Both the position numbers and the translations under genes were made by a program. A stretch of 64,000 nt of DNA from the human T2T-CHM13v2.0 reference genome, Homo sapiens. The stretch lies in the NCBI RefSeq assembly GCF_009914755.1, contig NC_060947.1; one strand, written 5' to 3'. How positions within the stretch are numbered: the stretch's first letter is position 1; each line of letters begins with the position of its first letter. Shown here in pieces: positions 40,268-56,711 of this stretch. The notes beneath the pieces were generated by a model. That model was not told the origin of the DNA and searched no databases. It worked only from the letters and a program-made list of their open reading frames with translations.

Positions 40268-40624
40268 TCATAAAGACTTTAATGTAAAAAACAAAGTGGA
40301 TGGTATCTAGAAATATCAGCATTTGCAGAACCACAAATAACATATTTGCCAAGAGATATCCCCTCTAAGGATGTCAATTTATTTTTAACATTGGCCTCAA
40401 ACTTCCAGCATCTGATATGTTAATTTCTGTGTCATGGCCATAAGCAGGAAAATGATAATTTGTAGGCAAAAGTAGAAAATCTCAAGCAGATGGGAATGTG
40501 TTCAAATATGTAACCTATCCAGAAGGATCACTCCATCAGCAGGATGAATTCCAGCCTGGCTCTTGCAGGAGACCCCCGAATCCCAGAGCTGAAATATGCA
40601 GTCAGCAATTAGGGTCACATGTGC

Positions 40625-41651
<1,027 letters not shown>

Positions 41652-41799
41652 ATCCCTGCATTTTTTCAATCATCTTTTTTTATTTGTTCTGTAATGCTTG
41701 TAATGAAAGGAGTTGTGCAGAGCACATGCAGGCGCAAGGTGGGTGGTTTTCCTTTTGTCTATTTTATTTAGTTAATTTTTTTAACTTTATTTTTCATTT

Positions 41800-42575
41800 T
41801 TTTTTAAATTTTGTTTCAACAGTTTTTGGGGACAGGTAGTTTTTTGGTTATGCGGATAAGTTCTTTAGTGGTATTAATAATTTCTGAGATTTTTCATGCA
41901 CCTGTCACCTGAGCAGTATACACTATACCCAATATGTAGTGTTTTATCCCTCGCCCCCTTCCCCCGTTCCCCCCAAGTCCCCAAAGTTCATTATATCACT
42001 CTTATGCCTGTGCGTCCTCATGGCTTAGCTCCCAGTTGTAAGTGAGAACATACTCACTTAATATCATGGATATTTGCCTTTCATCCCCAACTTACTTCGC
42101 TTAGAATAATGGCCTCCAAGTCCATCCAAGTTGCTGCAAAGGCCATATATTCTATTTTTTAAATGAATAGCCTTTGCTTTTGGGGCAGTTTCAGGTTTAT
42201 TAAAAAACTGAGCAGAAAGTCTAGGGTTCCCCTAGACCCACTTGCCTGTATATACAACAAAGTTTGCCCCATGATTGACACCTTGCATTAGTGTGGTACA
42301 TGTGTTACAATTGATGAGCTGATAGTGGGACATTATCATTCACCAGAGTCCACAGTCTTCATGAGGGCTCACTCTTTGTGCTGTGCAGTTCTATGGGTTT
42401 TGACAAATAGAGACTGACTTGTAGATATGGAATAGTATCTGCAGATACATCGTACAGAATAGTTTCACTGCCCTCAAAATCCCCTATGCTTCCTGTGTTC
42501 CTCCTCCTCTCTCTCCCCCAGGACACTGACAAACACTGATCTTTTTACTTTTTCTACAGTTTTGCCTTTTGTCTG
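41800..42575 (-). mobile_element. L1PB 3' end (41800-42150) and L1MC 3' end (42155-42575)
   Basis: GATAAGTTCTTTAGTGGT...CCCCAAGTCCCCAAAGTTCATTATATCA; CAGAATAGTTTCACTGCCCTCAAAATCCCCTATGCT. Confidence 0.8.
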
Positions 42576-42735
42576 TTTTTAATTTTTAGTCTACATAAAA
42601 ATGTGACTGGGTTGAAAAGCATCATCGGAGAGTTGCATTGAATTATTCGGTTCCATAATGGTAAATCAATGGTATCACTATGCAACGAGGAACGGAAAGT
42701 AGACAGTCTTTGCCATGGCTCATCTTCATTCATTT

Positions 42736-43289
42736 TGTTACAGGAAAGGTGTCCTGATCCAGACCTCAAGAGAGGATTCTTGGATTCTGTGCAAGAAAGA
42801 GTTCAGGGCCAGTCCACAGTGCAAAGCAAAAGCGAGTTTATTAACAGTGTAAAGGAATAAAAGAATGGCTACTCCATAGACAGAACAGCCCCGAGGGCTG
42901 CTGGCTCCACATTTTTATGATTATTTCTTGATGATATGCTAAACAAGGGGTGGATTGTTCGTGCCTCCCCTTTTTAGACCATATAGGGTAGCTTTCTGAT
43001 GTTGCCATGACATTCGTAACTGTCATGGTGCTGGTGGGAGTGTAGCAGTGAGGACCACCAGAGGTCACACTCATCACCAGCTTGGTTTTGGTGGGATTTG
43101 GCCAGCTTCTTTATTGCAACCTGTTTTTATCAGCAAGGTCCTTATGACCTGTCTCTTGTGCTGACCTCCTGTCTCATCCTTAGATTTAGAATGCCTCAAC
43201 TGTCTGGGAATGAAGCCCAGTAGGTCTCAGCCTCATTTTATGCAGCTCCTATTCAAGATGAAGTTGCTCTTGTTCAAAAGCCTCTGACA
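42736..43289 (-). mobile_element. MER41A full-length solo LTR
   Basis: TGTTACAGG...CCTCTGACA, 554 bp, perfect TSD ATTT (42732-42735 and 43290-43293); lacks the GAS-bearing segment. Confidence 0.9.
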
Positions 43290-43579
43290 ATTTCGGTGCC
43301 TTTGTTGGGAAGGGACACTGCTTTCTGACTGAGCCAGCCCTTGGGTTCTTTGCCCATTGTTGACTCTTTTGCCAGTGGGCCAGATGGAGATCCTTGGCTC
43401 CTCCCCAAGCCCGGCTGTTTTGGGGTCTGTTATCCCGTCTGCCACTTAACAACAGCATACTGAATTTACAAATGACTCAAGGAGACAGGGTAAATATGGT
43501 GAAGCAAAGTGTTAATGGCTTTATGCTTAATATGTATCTCTTCCTATCAAAATTTTGGGATTTCAAATGTAATTTCTTT

Positions 43580-43815
43580 CTTTTTTAAAAATATGTATTC
43601 ACCTAATATAGAATGATTTTAAAGAATATGATTTAGTAGCATGTTGTACATTCACAATGTTGGGCAACAATCACCTCTATCTAGTTCCAAAACATTTTTA
43701 TCACCATAAAAGGAGTCCTCATACCATTAATTAGTCCCACCCCTTTCCCCCTTCCCTCAGCCCCTGGCAATAATTCATCTGCCTTCTGTCTCTATGGGTG
43801 AACCTATAGAATGCA
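43580..43815 (-). mobile_element. L1MB 3' fragment
   Basis: ACATTCACAATGTTGGGCAACAATCACCTCTATCTAGTTCCAAAACATTTTTATCACC. Confidence 0.8.
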
Positions 43816-44083
43816 ATTGTTTTTGGTAGCCATTATCCACCTATGAGTTAGAAGATGATTCCCACTTCCCTATCTGGTCCTTAGTGTGCAGACGACAAAA
43901 ATCAAGGTAACTCACCTGGCAAGTATTTGTATTAGCAAACAGCTTACAGGGACAGAGTTTCAAAAATAACAAAATCGTAAGCATGCATATTGGAATCAAC
44001 ATAGAATATCTGTAGAAGGAGCAGTAATGAAAATTTGGATAAAGCAGAAGTATGTTTGACTAAAATACATTGTTCTATTCTCC

Positions 44084-45093
<1,010 letters not shown>

Positions 45094-45292
45094 AGTGTGG
45101 GAGTAGAAGATTTTGTTTGCAGAAAGGTCACATGGACTCATTCTGATTCTAAAATTAAATGAAAAGAAAAGAAAAGTAGCAAATAAAAACAGAAAACAAA
45201 ACGATCACATGGATGTACCATTTTGCCCCAATGCATGTTGCCTAAGAGAGACGATGCCTTCCCAGTTCGCCAGAGCTATGGCTCTTAGTAGG

Positions 45293-45719
45293 TGTCTAGG
45301 TCCATTTCGTGTTGCTGTGAAGGAATACCTGAGGCTGGGTAATTTATAAAGAAAAGTGGTTTATTTGGCTCATGGTTCTGCAGGCTGCACAAATGCATGG
45401 CACCAGCATCTGCTTCTGGGGTGGGCTTCGGGAAGCTTCCACTCATGGTGAAAAAGGAAAGGCAGCTGGCGTGTGTAGAGATCACACAGTGAGAAAAGAA
45501 GCAAGAGAGAAAGGAGAGGACGTACTAGGCTGTTTTTAACAACAAGATCATCTGGAAACAAATAGACCAGAGAACTCACCCATTACCAAAAAGTCATCAT
45601 CAAGCCACTCATGAATGATCTGCCCCATGACCCAAACACCTTTCACCAGGCCCACTACCGACACTGAGGGTCACATTTCAACATGAGATCTGAAGGGGAG
45701 AAATATCCAAACTACGTCA
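45293..45719 (-). mobile_element. MSTB MaLR solo LTR
   Basis: TG...CA termini, perfect TSD GTAGG; GGAATACCTGAGGCTGGGTAATTTATAAAGAAAAG, GCATGGCACCAGCATCTGCTTCTGG. Confidence 0.88.
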
Positions 45720-46379
45720 GTAGGTAAAGGACACGAGAAGAGTGGTGCTCTATCAGAATCACTCAGGGAGCATTTATGAAATATGCCTGCTTTACCCTTT
45801 CTCCTTCATCATGCTCAGGGGATATTCACAATACATATAAAAAGTTAATCTTCCTCTTGAGGGCTTTCCTTCTTTGCAATCTTTCCCTGGAGCTGAGGAT
45901 AGCCAGACTCTAAATGGATAACAAATAATTTCTCTTGACATGTGCTTTCCTTTGCAACGTATGGGAAATTGAATTTCTCCCAGGAAGAAGTGGGGATGGA
46001 TGAAACCAGGCTTCAACTCAATGCATCTGTGTAATTGCTAAGAGAGAGCTGCTTCCACCATTAGGTATTATAAGTAAGTAATGATTTCGGTCTCCTTGCT
46101 GTGGAACAGACAAATGGCATGGTATTTGCACAAAGCAGAAAGTGTAATGTTAGTACTGATTGTAAATAAAATTAAAATTTGAAAAAAATCTATCCATTGT
46201 ACTTGGATTTTTCGCCAAAATTATTTATCCTTCTTCTCCATATCCTTTAATCTTTTTTCTTGCTTAATCCTCCATATTCCTTTAATCTAATTTTCCTGCT
46301 TGTAAGAAGTCAAAGGTGGGGCACGGGAAGAGAAAGAACTCTATTTTTCCAATAAAGACTGGGTGTCTATTAAGAGTAG

Positions 46380-46947
<568 letters not shown>

Positions 46948-46961
46948 AAAGTACTCCATCT

Positions 46962-47865
46962 ATTTTTTTACATAATTTCAGCTTTCATTTTAGCTTCAGG
47001 GGGTACATGCACCAGTTTGTTCCATGGGTATATTGTGTGATGCTGACGTTTGTTTGGGGTACAGATGATCCCATCACCCAGATACTGAGCATAGTACCCG
47101 ATAGTTAGTTTTTCAACTCTTCTCCCCTCTCTCCTACCCCCCAGTAGTCCCCAGTGTCTGTTGTCCCCATCTTTATGTCCATGAGTACCCAATGTTTAGC
47201 TCCCACTTATAAATGAGAACATATGTTAATTTGCCTAGGATAATGGCCTCCAGATGCATCCATGTTGCTGCAAAAACATGATTTTATTTTTTATGGTGGC
47301 GAGGTATTCCATGGTGTGTAAGTGCCATATTTTCTTTTTTTCTTTTCTTTTCTTTCTTTTTCTTTCTTTTTTTTTTTTTTTAAACAGAGTCTCGCTCTGT
47401 CGCCAGGCTGGAGTGAGCGCAATCTCGGGTCACTGCAACCTCCACCTCCCGGGTTCAAGCAATTCTCCTGCCTCAGCCTCCCAAGAGCTGGAATTATAGG
47501 CGCATGCCACCACGCCCGGCTAATTTTTTGTATCTTTAGTAGAGATGGGGTTTCACCTTGTTGGCCAGGCTGGTCTCGAACTCCTGACCTCGTGATCCAC
47601 CTGCCTCGGCCTCCCAAAGTGCTCGGATGACAGGTGTGAGCCACCGCACCTGGCCATAGGTACCACATTTTCTTTATCCAATCCACCACTGACAGGCACC
47701 TAGGTTGATTCCATGTCTTTGCTAATGTGAATAGTGCTGCAATGAACATGTGAGTGCATGTATCTTTTTGGTAGAAGGACTTATTTTCTTTGGTTATATA
47801 TCCAGTAATAGAATTGCTAGGTTGAATGGTAGTTCTGTTTTAAGGTTTTTGAGAAATCTCCAAAT
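46962..47865 (-). mobile_element. L1PA/PB 3' end interrupted by AluS (47335-47655)
   Basis: L1 is collinear across the Alu; TSD GT(G/A)CCA(T/C)ATTTTCTTT. Confidence 0.88.
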
Positions 47866-47931
47866 GCACTCCATTTTTCATAGCTTTCATGGAGGCTTCA
47901 CCCAAGAGACTCCATTAGAAATCCCATAGTT

Positions 47932-48275
<344 letters not shown>

Positions 48276-49059
48276 TTAAACTGATGACCACCTAAAACGA
48301 TGAAACTCCTGATAATATGGACAATGGGAAGAGGAGACATTAGCTAAGCAGTTAGGAGTCTACCACAGAGTGGAAGAAGGAAGAGGTGAAGCTCACAGTG
48401 GGAGGAAGAGAGATGGGTTAATTAGATTAGTAGTAGGAAGGGGTGTAGGAAGAGGAAAGAGACATGTATTGGGGTTTTCCCACGTCACTTTGTAAGATCC
48501 TGAAATCCACACCACACTGGACACCCTTAACCTGAAGATGTCCTGAAACTTGGCCTTTCTCTGTGGAATTATGATGATGGAATTCTCTCCTCTGACCTTT
48601 TTCAGCCTATACTGAGAGAGTTCCTTGAGGGATACAAAGGGAATCCAATCTAATCCAACTGAAAAAAAAAAAGGACTTTCATCTTTCTTCAGGAAGAAAA
48701 AAATGTTCAAACTGCAACCACAGAGACGTTATCATCTGTTCTCCGATGGCTACTTGGGATGCAATTGTCTTGATGAAACTTACAGAGCTTATTCAGTTCT
48801 GGTTCAATTCACATCCCAGTGTCAACGGGATTATACTTAAAGTTATGAAGGGAGCTGGTGTTTCTGTCAATGTGGGACTCTTATTTCCTGCTTGTATGTT
48901 GAGTGCCTCAACTCTAGATAGTTGCCTGAGGTTTGTTTTCTTTCTGTTCTCAAAGAAAGATCTGGGGCAGAGATACTAGGGCTTCTCTCTGGAGAAAGTC
49001 CTGTAGACTGCAGAGATCTGCTTTTTAACTTATAGGCAATTGACAGGCAGGAAGGCTGA

Positions 49060-49677
<618 letters not shown>

Positions 49678-49699
49678 CAGTCTCACACTTCTTAAAAGA

Positions 49700-50417
49700 A
49701 AACATAAAGTGAACAAAAAAATATGAAAAAAAGCTCACCATCACTAGTTATCAGAGAAATGCAAATTAACACCAAAATGAAATAGAATGACTATTATTAA
49801 AAAGTCAGAAAATAACAGATGCTGGCAAGGTTGCAGAGAAAACAAACTCTTATACTCTGCTGGTGGGAATGTAAGTTAGTATCACCTCTATGGAAAACAG
49901 TATGGAGATTTCTCAAAAAACTAAAAATAGAACTACCATTTGACTCAGCAATCCCACTATTGGGTATCCACTCAAAGGGAAAGAAATCATTATATTGAAA
50001 AGACACACACACTCGTGTGTTTATCACAGCACCATTCACAATAGCAAAGTCATGGAACCAACATAATAAGTGTCCGTAATGGTAGATTGGATTAAAAAAA
50101 TGTGGTGCATATACACCATGGAATACTATGCAGCCACAAAAAATAACGACATCATGTTTTTTGCAGCAACATGAATGTAGCTGGTGGCCATTATCCTAAA
50201 TGAATTAACACAGAAAAAGAAAATCAAATACCACATGTTCTCCCTTATAAGTGAGAGCTAAACACTGAATACACATGGGCATAAAGATGGAAACAATGGG
50301 CACTAGGTTCAGTATTTGAGTGGTGGATTCAATAGAAGCCCAAAGCCAGGCATTACACGACATACCCTTGTAACAAAACTGCACGTGCACCTTCTAAATC
50401 TAAAATGAAAGCAAAAT
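49700..50417 (+). mobile_element. L1PB/L1MA-like ORF2 end plus 3' UTR
   Basis: CAGAGAAATGCAAATTAA...CTCAAAAAACTAAAAATAGAACTACCATTTGACTCAGCAATCCCACT...CACCATGGAATACTATGCAGCC. Confidence 0.88.
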
Positions 50418-51343
50418 AAAATGATCTCAAGGTTCTTGCCTTCAATGCAAACATCCTGTGTACTCTTCTCCCCTTGAGTGTGGGTAGGACTGTGAAATAG
50501 CATGAATGTCACTCCTGTATTTAAGTTTCATTATATGGTAAAGGTGAAGGTATTTTGTACAAAGTAACTGAGGTCTCCACCAGGCTTGGTGGCTCACGCC
50601 TGTAATCCCAGCACTTTGGGAGGCTGAGGGGGGCAGATCACCTGAGGTCAGGAATTCGAGACCAGCCTGGCCAACATGGCGAAACCCCGTCTCTACTAAA
50701 AATACAAAAACATTAGCCAGGAGTGGTGGTGGGTGCCTGTAATCCCAGCTACTCAGGAGGCTGAGGCAGGAGAATCACTTGAACCTGGGAGGTGGGTTGC
50801 AGTGAGCTGAGATCGCACCTGGGCTACAAGAGCAAAACTCCATCTGAAAAAAAAAAGAAACCTCAAACAAAAAACAAAAGAAAAATAAAAACAAAGTAAC
50901 TGAGGTCTCTCATTAGGTGACTTTATGTTAATTAAAAGGAGATTATTCTGGGTAGGCCTGATTTAATCAGGTGAATCCTTTAAAAGTACATCTGTAGGCC
51001 AAAGACAGGAGAAGCCAGATAGATTTTAAACAACAAAAATATTTTCCTTTTGGCCTTGAAGAAGCAAATTACCACATGATGAAGACAGCCATATGGCAGG
51101 AAATGGACTGATGGCTTCATTCCTATAACCACAAATAATTGAATCCTGATAGTAGCCAGAGAGCTCAGGAGAGGATCCCAAAACTCAGATAAGATGGCAG
51201 CTCTGTTGATTTCAGCCTTGTGGGATCCTAAGCTGAATACCTAGCCATACTGTGCCTGGAAATGGTGTGAGATTGTGAATGTATGTTGTGTTAAGTCACA
51301 AAGACTGTGATCATTTGTTATGAAGCTATAGCTAACTAATACA
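50418..51343 (+). mobile_element. MLT1E-like MaLR LTR interrupted by AluS (50580-50890)
   Basis: CCCTTGAGTGTGGGTAGGACTGTGAA...GATTATTCTGGGTAGGCCTGATTTAATCAGG...CTAACTAATACA; Alu TSD ACAAAGTAACTGAGGTCTC. Confidence 0.8.
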
Positions 51344-51650
51344 CTGCTCATTTCTGATGTGAAATGAGCAGGGAGTCCTTCCTTAGAAGGCTGTCCATGG
51401 GTGGAAAAAGCCTGGCCATGAGTCATATGCTCCAGCTATCAAATGCCAAACACCTTTGTGTGGAGGAGATACTTTGTTAGTATTTACTATCTACTGTGAT
51501 AATTCAAGAAATTGGAATCTCACTTAGAAGAAAGATGAAATATTTCATATCAAAATGCCTCGCTGAATACTCCCACATGGCTCCTTGGAAAAGTTTCTGA
51601 AAGGCTCACCCACTCTCGAATGGCCACTTTATTTACAGGGGAAACTTAGT

Positions 51651-52005
51651 TGCTATTGACTAAATGTGTCCCTCCAAAATGCATAGGTTGAATCTTAACT
51701 CCCAAGGTGATGGTATTAGGAGGTGGCTTTTAGGAGGTGATTAGGTCATGAGGGCGGAGTCTCACTAATAGGATTAGCATCCTTCTAAAAGAGACCACAG
51801 AGAGCTCCTTTACCTCTTTCCACCATTTGAAAACATGGCAAGAAGTCACCATCTATGAACCAGGAAGGAGGTCCCCACCAGACACAGATTCTGCTACACC
51901 TTGATCTTGGAGTTTCAGCCTCCAGAACTGCCAGCCATAAATGTCTGTGGTTTAAACCATCCAGACTATGCTAGTTTGTTATAGCAGCCTGAATGGATTA
52001 AGACA
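51651..52005 (+). mobile_element. MLT1A0-like MaLR LTR
   Basis: TGCTATTGAC...GGATTAAGACA; TSD TTAGT/GTAGT. Confidence 0.85.
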
Positions 52006-53949
52006 GTAGTATTCTAGGATACCAAAATGCAAGGAATCACCATCCATTCTGTGCCTCCCATGTACCTCCCTAGAGGCATTTATAGTCTTAGGAGGGCTGG
52101 GCTAGATTATGGGTTCCCACAGCCCAGTTTCTGCTAACTGCATAATTTTATTCATGAAGTTGCTAAGCAGTGTCCTGCCCCTTTCTTGCATCTGGTTTAC
52201 TGGCAACAACAAACCGTGAATTACTGTTTACTCTGCTCCAAATGGATAGTTCTGACCCAGGCAATGTGTGAAACTGGTAGAAAGCAAGTTCTCCTGACAG
52301 GAATCACTTTCCATTCACACCAGGAGGCATAGAATAAAACCAATCACACAGTTACACTTTCAGTTTCTTCCTATAATCACAAAGAACTGAATCCTGACAA
52401 TATCCAGAGAGCTCAGCATAGGACCCCAAAACTCAGATAAGACTGCAGCTCTGTTGATTTCAGCCTTGTGGGACCCTGAGCAGAAGACCCAGCTCTACTA
52501 ATTCTCTCTTCTAATTTTATAATGAATCATTCAACTTTCCAAGTTACTGTGATCAAGCAAAAATGCATGCCTGATGTTAGTATTTTTCCCTACAGGTGAT
52601 GTGTCTCAAAGGAGCCCAGGACAAGTAGCAAGGAGGTGCTTTGTAAGGAAATAGGAGGAAACCCAAGCTGTTATTGTCCTGAGAATTCTTACACGTATTG
52701 AGTTTGCCTTTTGGCCACTCTTTCTGAGGCGTATGTAGAAATTTGCCGGTAACCTGACTCTTAGCTCGGATCCACTTTGCCCACACGGAGGTACCACGCA
52801 TTGCAGGTGGCTTTGTTTTATTCCTTTGTCTCCAGCAAAACTGGCCATCTATTAACTTGGCTGTTCTGGTGCATTTGTTCAAACAACTCCTCTTTATCTC
52901 CCTCTGCAGGGTTCCCTTAGCAACATGCTTTCTGACATCATTACCAATCTTATTTTGGGAACTGGGCTGTACGGAAGATCCCTAGACACCCTACCGATGT
53001 GTGGCAGAACTTTCTGGGAGTTATCATGTAACTAATGAGCTTAAGAATTCATTCCAACCAAAGGCAATGCTAGTTTGTTTCCCAGTTTAAACCTCTAATC
53101 ATGGAGCCCTAGAGAGTTAGGTATACGTGGGTTATCACCATCATGGCGCCCATGTGATTAAGGAGTTTTGTTTTTTGTTTAACAGATTTGGGGCTGCTCT
53201 GTCCAGACCTGCCCATTGTAAAGCTACTGGGGCCACATGAGGCTGTTTCTTGAGGATGCACAGAATCTTGTGTGTTCACCACCCTTTTTTATGTATACAC
53301 AAGGAGATTCCACTTATAAATCCTGTGTACTTGTATTTATTTCAGGTCATATTCCTTCCAGGACTTGGAGAGGGGAGATGTGTTAAATGAAGAATTGTCA
53401 TCACTAATATGCTTTGAGTTGATTGACCTTCATGTCATAGAATAAATGTTCAACTTTGCATCACGTCAATGTTTGCCTCCTTCCCACCTGGAGAGAACCT
53501 AGTAAGAAAGAACTTGAGTAGCAATAGTAAACAATAAATATTGGGTCATCACATAACCCATGTTAGTCTCACCCAGATGCAAAACATAGCTAAAAACAGT
53601 AGAAAATGGCAACAAACAGTCTTAGAAAAATACAGACCCTCTAGTGACTGTTTTTGTTTGATGGCTGACATTGGTCTAAAGAAATTTCAAGAGAGCTGAA
53701 GGGTGGCATCCTGTTTTATTTCTTCAATCCTTGGAAGAGCTCCCTTGCATTGAGAATGCACACATTTGCATTTCAAAGCAAGTGGGGTTTGGGTAAACAG
53801 TCTTAGAAGTCAAAGCAACCATCTCCTAGAAGCAAGCTGTATATCAGGTAGAGAAAGAAGAGATGAAAAAGGGCCATGACTATGCCCATTTCAGTCATCT
53901 GCTTGGGATCCTGCCACATGGCAGAGTTTGGTGGACACAGCACTTCTCT

Positions 53950-54330
53950 GCTCCCTGGGACATAAGCAGAAACATCTTTGGCATGACTGAAGCATTCTAC
54001 TCCCAAGATGGCCCCATGCATTGGCCTGGCAGAGGAATGCTGTCTGAAGGCCAGGAGCTCAGTATGGCTATTGACTGGCCTGGCCTCAATTCTCCTCCAC
54101 AGGGATCGTTCAGGCTTCTTACAATATGGCTGTCTCAAGGTAGTTAGAGGGTGACTTACCCCATGTCACAAAAGCAGAAGCTTTCAGTTCTTCTTAGACC
54201 TGGGGTGAGTGCAGCCACCCTCTGCCATATAGTGTTGGATAAAGCATATCCCAGGGCTACTCTGGTTCAACAGAAAGGTATACACAAGGGTGTAAATGCC
54301 AGAGGTCAAGGTTTTTTGGGGGTTACCCAA
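53950..54330 (-). mobile_element. Old MLT1 (H/I/J-type) LTR remnant
   Basis: TCCCAAGATGGC...GGCTTCTTACAATATGGCTG...TACACAAGGGTGTAAATGCCAGAGG. Confidence 0.55.
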
Positions 54331-54333
54331 GTG

Positions 54334-54982
54334 GAGTCAACCTTCATTATTTGCAGATGCTCTCTTTGCAAATTCAGCTACTTGCTCTAATTTCTTTGTA
54401 ACCCCAAATTAATACTCATTGCACTTTCGTGAACATTTAAAGCAATAAATAATTTGAGTCACCTGGTTTGTACATTTCTGGCTAAGCTTGAACAAGGCAA
54501 TGCTCTGCCTTCTTATTTCAGTTCATACTATAAACAAGTGCCTTGTTGTGGTCTATGGAGTGCCATGCTTTTTTCATTTTTGCAAAATGCAGCCTCTTTC
54601 TGCTGGTAATTTTGCTGTTTAAAATGACCCTAAGCATTGTGCTGGAGGGCTGTCAAGTGTTCCTAAGTGCAAGAAGGCTGTGATGTTGCTTACAGAGAAA
54701 ATATGTGTGTTAGAGATACTTCTTTCAGGTGTTCAGGCAGGAGTTACAGTTGTTGGCCGTGAGTTCAATGAGAATGAGTCAACAATATGTATTCAATAAT
54801 GTGCCTTTAAACAGAAACACACCTAAAACAAGGTTGTGTATTGATAATTTGATGAAAATGTGACCAGACACTCGCAGGAACCTAACCTTATAATTCTAGT
54901 AGGATCAATGGTTCAGTCTTTGCTAATTCAGTGTTTTTGGCGATTTTATAAAATGACTGCTGTGAATAATGAGAATTGGCTA
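54334..54982 (-). mobile_element. MER82 (TcMar-Tigger)
   Basis: TIR-like TCATTATTTGCAG / TGAATAATGAG; AGTGTTCCTAAGTGCAAGAAGGCTGTGATG, CTTTAAACAGAAACACAC. Confidence 0.8.
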
Positions 54983-55401
54983 TATCAGTTCATCATAAAC
55001 AACCAATGAGCTTTCGATTTGACCCAGATCTGATTCAAGTGATCGGAAGACTGAATGTATGCTGTGAATGCAGGAGTCTATAGGATCAATTTCCACTGGT
55101 CACCTCTGGCAATAGTCCAAAGGGGCTGATCCACTCACTGCCTCTCTAGTTGAACAAATCTTAGAATATAGTGATTTGGCATTTTCCTCTTCTCTGATTC
55201 GAATGGGTGGGAATGGACCTGTCATCCATTTCATTAAGTGTTTTTAATTTTTTATTTTAAGATAATTTTTAAGACACACAAATTATTGCAAAAATGATAC
55301 ATAGAGTTCCTGTGGACACTTCACTTAGCTTTCCCCAATTATAACATCTTATTTAACTATTGTACACCATCAAAACCAGTCAACTGACATTGGTACAATA
55401 T

Positions 55402-55767
55402 TGTATTATTCTGTTTTCTTCTGCTGATAAAGACGTACCTGAGCCTGGGTAATTTATAAAGCAAAAGAGGTTAATGGACTCACAGTTCTACATGACTGGG
55501 GCAGCCTCACAATCATGGTGGAAGATGAAAGGCATGTTTTACATGGCAGCAGGCAAAAGAGAATGAGAGCCAAGCAAAAGGGTAAATCCCTTATAAAACC
55601 ATCAGGTCTCATTAGACTTATTCACTTCCACAAGAACAGTATGGGGAAACTGCTCCCATAATTCAGTGATCTCTCACTGGGTCACTCCCACAACACATGG
55701 GAATTATGGGAGCTACAATTCAAAATTCAAGATGAGATTTGGGTGGGAACACAGCAAAACCATATCA
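55402..55767 (-). mobile_element. THE1 (C-like) solo LTR inside an L1ME fragment (~55250-55890)
   Basis: TGTATT...CCATATCA; TSD AATAT/AATAC. Confidence 0.88.
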
Positions 55768-56711
55768 AATACTCTTCACTAAATTACATTATTTCCATGG
55801 GTTTTATGTGAAATGTGTGTGCATGTGTAGTGCTGTGAAATTTTATCCCCTGTATAGATTCCTATCACTATCACTATAGCCAAGCATGCACCTCTGCACG
55901 TGCCTGGCTACAGTGATGATTGTAGGAATAGGAAAAGCCAATTTGTGAAAGAATATCTCAAAGGGAAAATGTAATGTTTCCTAATGTACAAGTTGTTGTC
56001 TCCAGAGCAGTTACAGGGCACTATAACCTAACATCTGTGTGCTTCTAGGACAAGAGGCATCAGACAACCATGAGGTTGCAGGGCAGAGAGTAGGCTGAAC
56101 TCAGGATGAATGCTGCATGGGCTGCAAGCTTGCTTTATTTTCATTTCTCTCCTCTCTTCCTCTATTATTAATTCATGAAAATTATAGGGACTGTTTCAGA
56201 GCTGGTAATGAAAGTATCTGCATTGAGCTGTCAAGACTCTAAACCCCAGTCTCAATAGACTGCACAAGTGGCTGGTTGTGGGCTTTAGTCTCTGGATTCT
56301 TCCTACTGCTGCTTTAAGAGAGAAAAGCCACTCATAGCTTCCTGGAGAGCCTCGTTCCCCCTCATCATGGTCCCTGGGGACACTGACTATAGACTCCAAT
56401 GGGTAGAAACAGCATCTGTTTTGGACACTTCTGCAACCTACTGTGCAGTAGGGCTCCTGGTCTTCGAGTAGTGTTCCAGTCACGCCTACTGGCTTTTTAG
56501 TACTCTGCTGCTCCTCCCTTTGTGCTATCAGGACATTTATGGAAACTCCAATGCAACTACAGCATCAGGCATCCTTTTTCCACCCACACACTATTTCTTT
56601 CCCCTGAGTCCAGGAATGGGGAAAGCAAAAACCAGAGAGGTCTCGGAGCAAGACCAAAGTACTACCTTTCCAGAAGCAAGGGGCCACAGAGGCCTGGATA
56701 TTAGTTGGTAC

